A stretch of 28,783 nucleotides of DNA from Utricularia gibba (lineage: Eukaryota; Plantae; Magnoliophyta): the NCBI GenBank assembly GCA_002189035.1, contig NEEC01000376.1:1-28783 (forward strand), read 5' to 3'. Positions 24,301-28,783 of the stretch are shown here, piece by piece (the first letter of the stretch is position 1; each line of letters begins with the position of its first letter). The notes beneath the pieces are model-generated. The model did not search any database, was not told the DNA's origin, and saw nothing but the letters and a program-made list of their open reading frames with translations. The translations under genes were made by a program, and so were the position numbers.

Positions 24301-26638
24301 ATGTAGGCAACACCGAAAACCGAACGTTAATAAATACATCACTTTCTTTGCCGGGCTACAACTTACTTTGGGCCAAGGCCTAAGCTGACCTTTTTCCGGT
24401 TCCAAGTGCCCCAAGACCGCCTCTCAAGTATAAAGTAAGTTGTTAAAAAATCATGTGGGGTGCACGTGACATCATAATTTAAACAAATGCATCATTTTTT
24501 TTAATCGATTTGCATCCAGTTGACCTCATGAGCCATACAGAATCGGGGTCAAGGACCAAGTTCCCAGCGAGACTGGCCGCCACAAAACGAGAAGCGGTTC
24601 CTTGAAAAACCATGTAGGCAGCCCCCGAAAACCGAACGATAATAAATACATCACTTTATTTTTGCCGGACTACAACTAACTCTCGGTGCAAGCCAAACCT
24701 TACCTTTGTCCCGTTCCAGGTGCACCCAAAGACCGCCTGCTCAAGTATAAAGTAAGTTGTTGAAAAAATCATGTGGGGTGCACGTGATATCGCAATTTAA
24801 ACAAATGCAACATTGTATTCATCGATTTGCATCCTTTTGTCCTCATGAGCCATAAAGAATCGCGGGCCCGGACCAAGTTCCTAGCGAGACTGGCCGCCAC
24901 AAAACGAGAAGCTGTTCCTTGAAAAACCATGTAGGCAACACCGAAAACCGAACGTTAATAAATACATCACTTTCTTTGCCGGGCTACAACTTACTTTGGG
25001 CCAAGGCCTAAGCTGATCTTTTTCCGGTTCCAAGTGCACCCAAAGACCGCCTTCTCAAGTATAAAGTAAGTTGTTTGAAAAAATCATGTGGGGTGCACGT
25101 GACATCATAATTTAAACAAATGGATCATTTTTTTAATCGATTTGCATCCAGTTGACCTCATGAGCCATACAGAATCGGGGTCAAGGACCAAGTTCCCAGC
25201 GAGACTGGCCGCCACAAAAACGAGAAGCGGTTCCTTGAAAAACCATGTAGGCAGCCCCGAAAACCGAACGATAATAAATACATCACTTTATTTGCCGGAC
25301 TACAACTAACTTTGGGCAAGCCAAGCCTTACCTTTTCCGGTTCCAGTGCCCCCAAGACCGCCTCCTCAAGTATAAAGTAAGTTGTTGAAAAAATCATGTG
25401 GGGTGCACGTGATATCGCAATTTAAACAAATGCAACATTTTTTCATCGATTTGCATCCTTTTGTCCTCATGAGCCATAAAGAATCGCGGGCCCGGACCAA
25501 GTTCCTAGCGAGACTGGCCGCCACAAAACGAGAAGCTGTTCCTTGAAAAACCATGTAGGCAACACCGAAAACCGAACGTTAATAATACATCACTTTCTTT
25601 GCCGGGCTACAACTTACTTTGGGCCAAGGCCTAAGCTGATCTTTTTCCGGTTCCAAGTGCCCCAAAGACCGCCTTCTCAAGTATAAAGTAAGTTGTTAAA
25701 AAATCATGTGGGGTGCACGTGACATCATAATTTAAACAAATGGATCATTTTTTTAATCGATTTGCATCCAGTTGACCTCATGAGCCATACAGAATCGGGG
25801 TCAAGGACCAAGTTCCCAGCGAGACTGGCCGCCACAAAACGAGAAGCGGTTCCTTGAAAAACCATGTAGGCAGCCCCCGAAACCGAACGATAATAAATAC
25901 ATCACTTTATTTGCCGACTACAACTAACTCTCGGTGCAAGCCAAACCTTACCTTTGTCCGTTCCAGGTGCACCCAAAGACCGCCTGCTCAAGTATAAAGT
26001 AAGTTGTTGAAAAAATCATGTGGGGTGCACGTGATATCGCAATTTAAACAAATGCAACATTGTATTCATCGATTTGCATCCTTTGTCCTCATGAGCCATA
26101 AAGAATCGCGGGCCCGGACCAAGTTCCTAGCGAGACTGGCCGCCACAAAACGAGAAGCTGTTCCTTGAAAAACCATGTAGGCAACACCGAAAACCGAACG
26201 TTAATAAATACATCACTTTCTTTGCCGGGCTACAACTTACTTTGGGCCAAGGCCTAAGCTGACCTTTTTCCGGTTCCAAGTGCCCCCAAGACCGCCTCCT
26301 CATTATAAAGTAAGTTGTTAAAAAATCATGTGGGTGCACGTGACATCATAATTTAAACAAATGCATCATTTTTTTTAATCGATTTGCATCCAGTTGACCT
26401 CATGAGCCATACAGAATCGGGGTCAAGGACCAAGTTCCCAGCGAGACTGGCCGCCACAAAACGAGAAGCGGTTCCTTGAAAAACCATGTAGGCAGCCCCC
26501 GAAAACCGAACGATAATAAATACATCACTTTATTTGCCGGACTACAACTAACTCTCGTGCAAGCCAAACCTTACCTTTGTCCGTTCCAGTGCACCCAAAG
26601 ACCGCCTGCTCAAGTATAAAGTAAGTTGTTGAAAAAAT

Positions 26639-26951
26639 CATGTGGGGTGCACGTGATATCGCAATTTAAACAAATGCAACATTGTATTCATCGATTTGCA
26701 TCCTTTTGTCCTCATGAGCCATAAAGAATCGCGGGCCCGGACCAAGTTCCTAGCGAGACTGGCCGCCACAAAACGAGAAGCTGTTCCTTGAAAAACCATG
26801 TAGGCAACACCGAAAACCGAACGTTAATAAATACATCACTTTCTTTGCCGGGCTACAACTTACTTTGGGCCAAGGCCTAAGCTGATCTTTTTCCGGTTCC
26901 AAGTGCACCCAAAGACCGCCTTCTCAAGTATAAAGTAAGTTGTTGAAAAAT
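26639..26951 (+). repeat. Representative type-B monomer, R-haplotype tail (313 bp)
   Basis: Same B body, but the tail is gctgatc...gtgcacccaaagaccgccttctcaagtataaagtaagttgttgaa and the next A head reads gacatcat...aatggatc. Confidence 0.93.
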
Positions 26952-28783
26952 CATGTGGGGTGCACGTGACATCATAATTTAAACAAATGGATCATTTTTT
27001 TTAATCGATTTGCATCCAGTTGACCTCATGAGCCATACAGAATCGGGTCAAGGACCAAGTTCCCAGCGAGACTGGCCGCCACAAAACGAGAAGCGTTCCT
27101 TGAAAAACCATGTAGGCAGCCCCCGAAACGAACGTTAATAAATACATCACTTTTTTGCCGGGCTACAACTTACTTTGGGCCAAGCCTAAGCTGACTTTTT
27201 CCGTTCCAAGTGCACCCAAAGACCGCCTTCTCAAGTATAAAGTAAGTTGTTGAAAAAATCATGTGGGGTGCACGTGACATCATAATTTAAAAAAATGCAT
27301 TTTTTCATCGATTTGCATCCTTTGACCTCATGAGCCATAAAGAATCGGGGCCCGGACCAAGTTCCAGCGAGACTGGCCGCCACAAACGAGAAGCTGTTCC
27401 TTGAAAAACCATGTAGGCAACACCGAAAACCGAACGTAATAAATACATCACTTTCTTTGCCGGCTACAACTTACTTTGGGCCAAGGCCTAAGCTGACCTT
27501 TTTCCGGTTCCAAGTGCCCCCAAGACCGCCTCCTCAAGTATAAAGTACAAAAAAATCATGTGGGGTGCACGTGATCGTAATTTAAACAAATGGATCATTT
27601 TTTTAATCGATTTGCATCCAGTTGACCTCATGAGCCATAGAATCGGGCGGACCAAGTTCCCAGCGAGACTGGCCCCAAAACGAGAAGCGGTTCCTTGAAA
27701 AACCATGTAGGCAGCCCCCGAAAACCGAACGATAATAAATACATCACTTTATTTGCCGGACTACAACTTACTTTGGGCCAAGCCTAAGCTGACCTTTTTC
27801 CGGTCCAAGTGCCCCAAGACCGCCTCCTCAAGTATAAAGTAAGTTTTAAAAAATCATGTGGGTGCACGTGATATCGCAATTTTAAACAAATGCAACATTT
27901 ATTCATCGATTTGCATCCTTTTGTCCTCATGAGCCATAAAGAATCGCGGGCCCGGACCAAGTTCCTAGCGAGACTGGCCGCCACAAAACGAGAAGCTGTT
28001 CCTTGAAAAACCATGTAGGCAACACCGAAAACCGAACGTTAATAAATACATCACTTTCTTTGCCGGGCTACAACTTACTTTGGGCCAAGGCCTAAGCTGA
28101 CCTTTTTCCGGTTCCAAGTGCCCCCAAGACCGCCTCCTCAAGTATAAAGTAAGTTGTTAAAAAAATCATGTGGGGTGCACGTGACATCGTAATTTAAACA
28201 AATGCATCATTTTTTTTAATCGATTTGCATCCAGTTGACCTCATGAGCCATACAGAATCGGGGTCAAGGACCAAGTTCCCAGCGAGACTGGCCGCCACAA
28301 AACGAGAAGCGGTTCCTTGAAAAACCATGTAGGCAGCCCCCGAAAACCGAACGATAATAAATACATCACTTTATTTGCCGGACTACAACTAACTCTCGTG
28401 CAAGCCAAACCTTACCTTTGTCCCGTTCCAGGTGCACCCAAAGACCGCCTGCTCAAGTATAAAGTAAGTTGTTGAAAAAATCATGTGGGGTGCACGTGAT
28501 ATCGCAATTTAAACAAATGCAACATTGTATTCATCGATTTGCATCCTTTTTGTCCTCATGAGCCATAAAGAATCGCGGGCCCGGACCAAGTTCCTAGCGA
28601 GACTGGCCGCCACAAAACGAGAAGCTGTTCCTTGAAAAACCATGTAGGCAACACCGAAAACCGAACGTTAATAAATACATCACTTTCTTTGCCGGGCTAC
28701 AACTTACTTTGGGCCAAGCCTAAGCTGATCTTTTCCGGTTCCAAGTGCACCCAAAGACCGCCTTCTCAAGTATAAAGTAAGTT

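Larger units (their letters stand above)
1..28783 (+). repeat. Tandem satellite DNA array, about 93 head-to-tail monomers of about 310-316 bp, alternating A/B as a ~630-bp higher-order dimer; runs off both window ends
   Basis: The landmark catgtggg(g)tgcacgtga, or a damaged form of it, recurs 92 times (267, 577, 887, 1201 ... 28167, 28482), always in the same orientation. The only non-monomer sequence is about 15 nt at 8247-8261. The window starts inside an A monomer and ends inside a B monomer. Confidence 0.99.

Noticed and set aside
20-28014. All ORFs in the six-frame track (60-133 aa), including recurring MHLERDKGKV... and MVFQGTASRF... peptides
   Set aside because: They are the same monomer read repeatedly. 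Their starts, stops and frames change with 1-bp homopolymer indels, and I recognise no protein domain or gene structure.
1-28783. CRISPR array
   Set aside because: There are no unique spacers: the entire ~315-bp unit is repeated. There are no cas genes or leader sequence.
1-28783. 5S rDNA, tRNA or spliced-leader RNA tandem array (the unit length is compatible)
   Set aside because: I recognise no 5S, tRNA or SL sequence on either strand. The minus-strand ggatgcaaatcg only superficially resembles a plant 5S start, and ggttccaagtgcc is not a convincing Pol III B-box. A cmscan against Rfam would settle it.
1-28783. Transposon or MITE insertion, inversion, or telomeric repeat
   Set aside because: I found no terminal repeats, target-site duplications, reversed monomers or telomeric motifs. 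The array is continuous and unidirectional.
1-28783. Assignment to a named satellite family or species
   Set aside because: I do not recognise the sequence, and similar subunit length alone is not evidence of homology. BLASTn of the consensus A, B, H1 and H2 against nt, Repbase or PlantSat is needed.

Overview
The whole 28,783-bp window is one uninterrupted head-to-tail satellite DNA array, most likely eukaryotic; I cannot assign a species or a named family. I find no genes, RNA genes, transposons or CRISPR array. All listed ORFs are repeated readings of the monomer. The landmark (a)aaatcatgtggg recurs 92 times (first at 267, last at 28482; mean spacing about 310 bp), giving about 93 monomers. 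The best-preserved copies are 313-316 bp and about 45% GC. The array has three tiers. (1) Each monomer is a diverged dimer of 157-159-bp halves. (2) Two monomer types, A and B (about 87% identical by hand count), alternate as a dimer of about 630 bp. (3) The B-to-A junction has two linked haplotypes: L at about 1-15.7 kb, R at about 15.7-23.3 kb, and a mix beyond. There is one phase break (two adjacent A monomers) at about 8.04-8.57 kb. Many mosaic monomers and small deletions fall on the columns where A and B differ, which suggests long-read consensus artefacts, so fine-scale variation needs checking against raw reads. I see no evidence of a novel protein-coding system. The interest lies in the satellite architecture, which may be centromeric or heterochromatic (inference only). 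All counts were made by hand.
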